A stretch of DNA of 64,000 nucleotides. It comes from Podarcis melisellensis (Eukaryota). The notes under the pieces are model-generated. The model was not told the DNA's origin. It saw only the letters and a program-made list of their open reading frames with translations, and did not search any database. The DNA is taken from assembly GCA_964234715.1 (NCBI GenBank), contig OZ174286.1, one strand, 5' to 3'. The translations under genes were made by a program, and so were the position numbers. Shown here piece after piece: positions 63,452 to 64,000 of this stretch (position 1 is its first letter; every line of letters starts with the position of its first letter).

Positions 63452-63804
63452 GGGACACAAGTGGCACTGTGACCTAAACCACTGAGCTTCTTGGGCTTGC
63501 TGATTGGAAGGTTGACGATTCGAATCCCCGCGACGGGGCGAACTCCCATTGCTCTGTCCTAGCTCCTGCCAACCTAGCACTTTGAAAGCATGCCAGTGCA
63601 AGTAGATAAATAGGTACCACTGTGGCGGGAAGGTAAACAGTGTTTCCATGCACTCTAGCTTTGGTTTAGTCATGCTGGCCACATGACCTGGAAAACTGTC
63701 TGCAGACAAACACTGGCTTCCTTGGCCTGAAAGCGAGATGAGAACCACAACCCCATAGTCGTCTTTGACTAGACTTCCAGGGGTTCTTTAACTTTTTAAC
63801 CTTT
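63452..63804 (+). mobile_element. Sauria SINE (subtype C)
   Basis: Full length; TSD TGCACCAGGTTG. Confidence 0.85.
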
Positions 63805-64000
63805 TGCACCAGGTTGTAAATATGTGTTAATAAAGCCTATTTCCGAAAGACACAGCAGTCTCCGCTATGTCTTGAATGGAAACACAAACTCCCTGGAATC
63901 TTGCTACTGTTCCGCAGAGACTGGGGGGTCACCTTCGTCACCCTACTATGGTACCCAAAGAAGGAAAATCCTACATGCATCCCTGCCTCTCCCTTGCAGG

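Overview
Vertebrate genomic DNA, almost certainly a squamate and most like a lacertid lizard, judged from its repeats: Sauria SINEs, BovB, CR1, L2, L1, tRNA-headed CR1-tail SINEs, Tigger-like and hAT MITEs. The window appears to hold the 5' part of one large minus-strand gene whose protein I do not recognise. Its parts are a CpG-island promoter with non-coding first exon(s) at ~57.3-58.4 kb, a uORF-rich exon carrying the likely start codon (36650-36921), and phase-compatible coding exons at 9728-10014, 6170-6202 and 3267-3339; it continues off the left edge. The rest is repeat-rich intron with one 157-nt assembly gap. The most striking observation is two copies of one non-autonomous hAT (Buster/Charlie-like) DNA transposon, at 4369-5836 and 18457-19585. 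Each has perfect 15-bp TIRs and a perfect 8-bp TSD, and each carries a different CpG-island-like cargo with an apparent start codon and splice donor. This looks like a Pack-type element that mobilises promoters and first exons. All calls were made by eye; no database searches were run.
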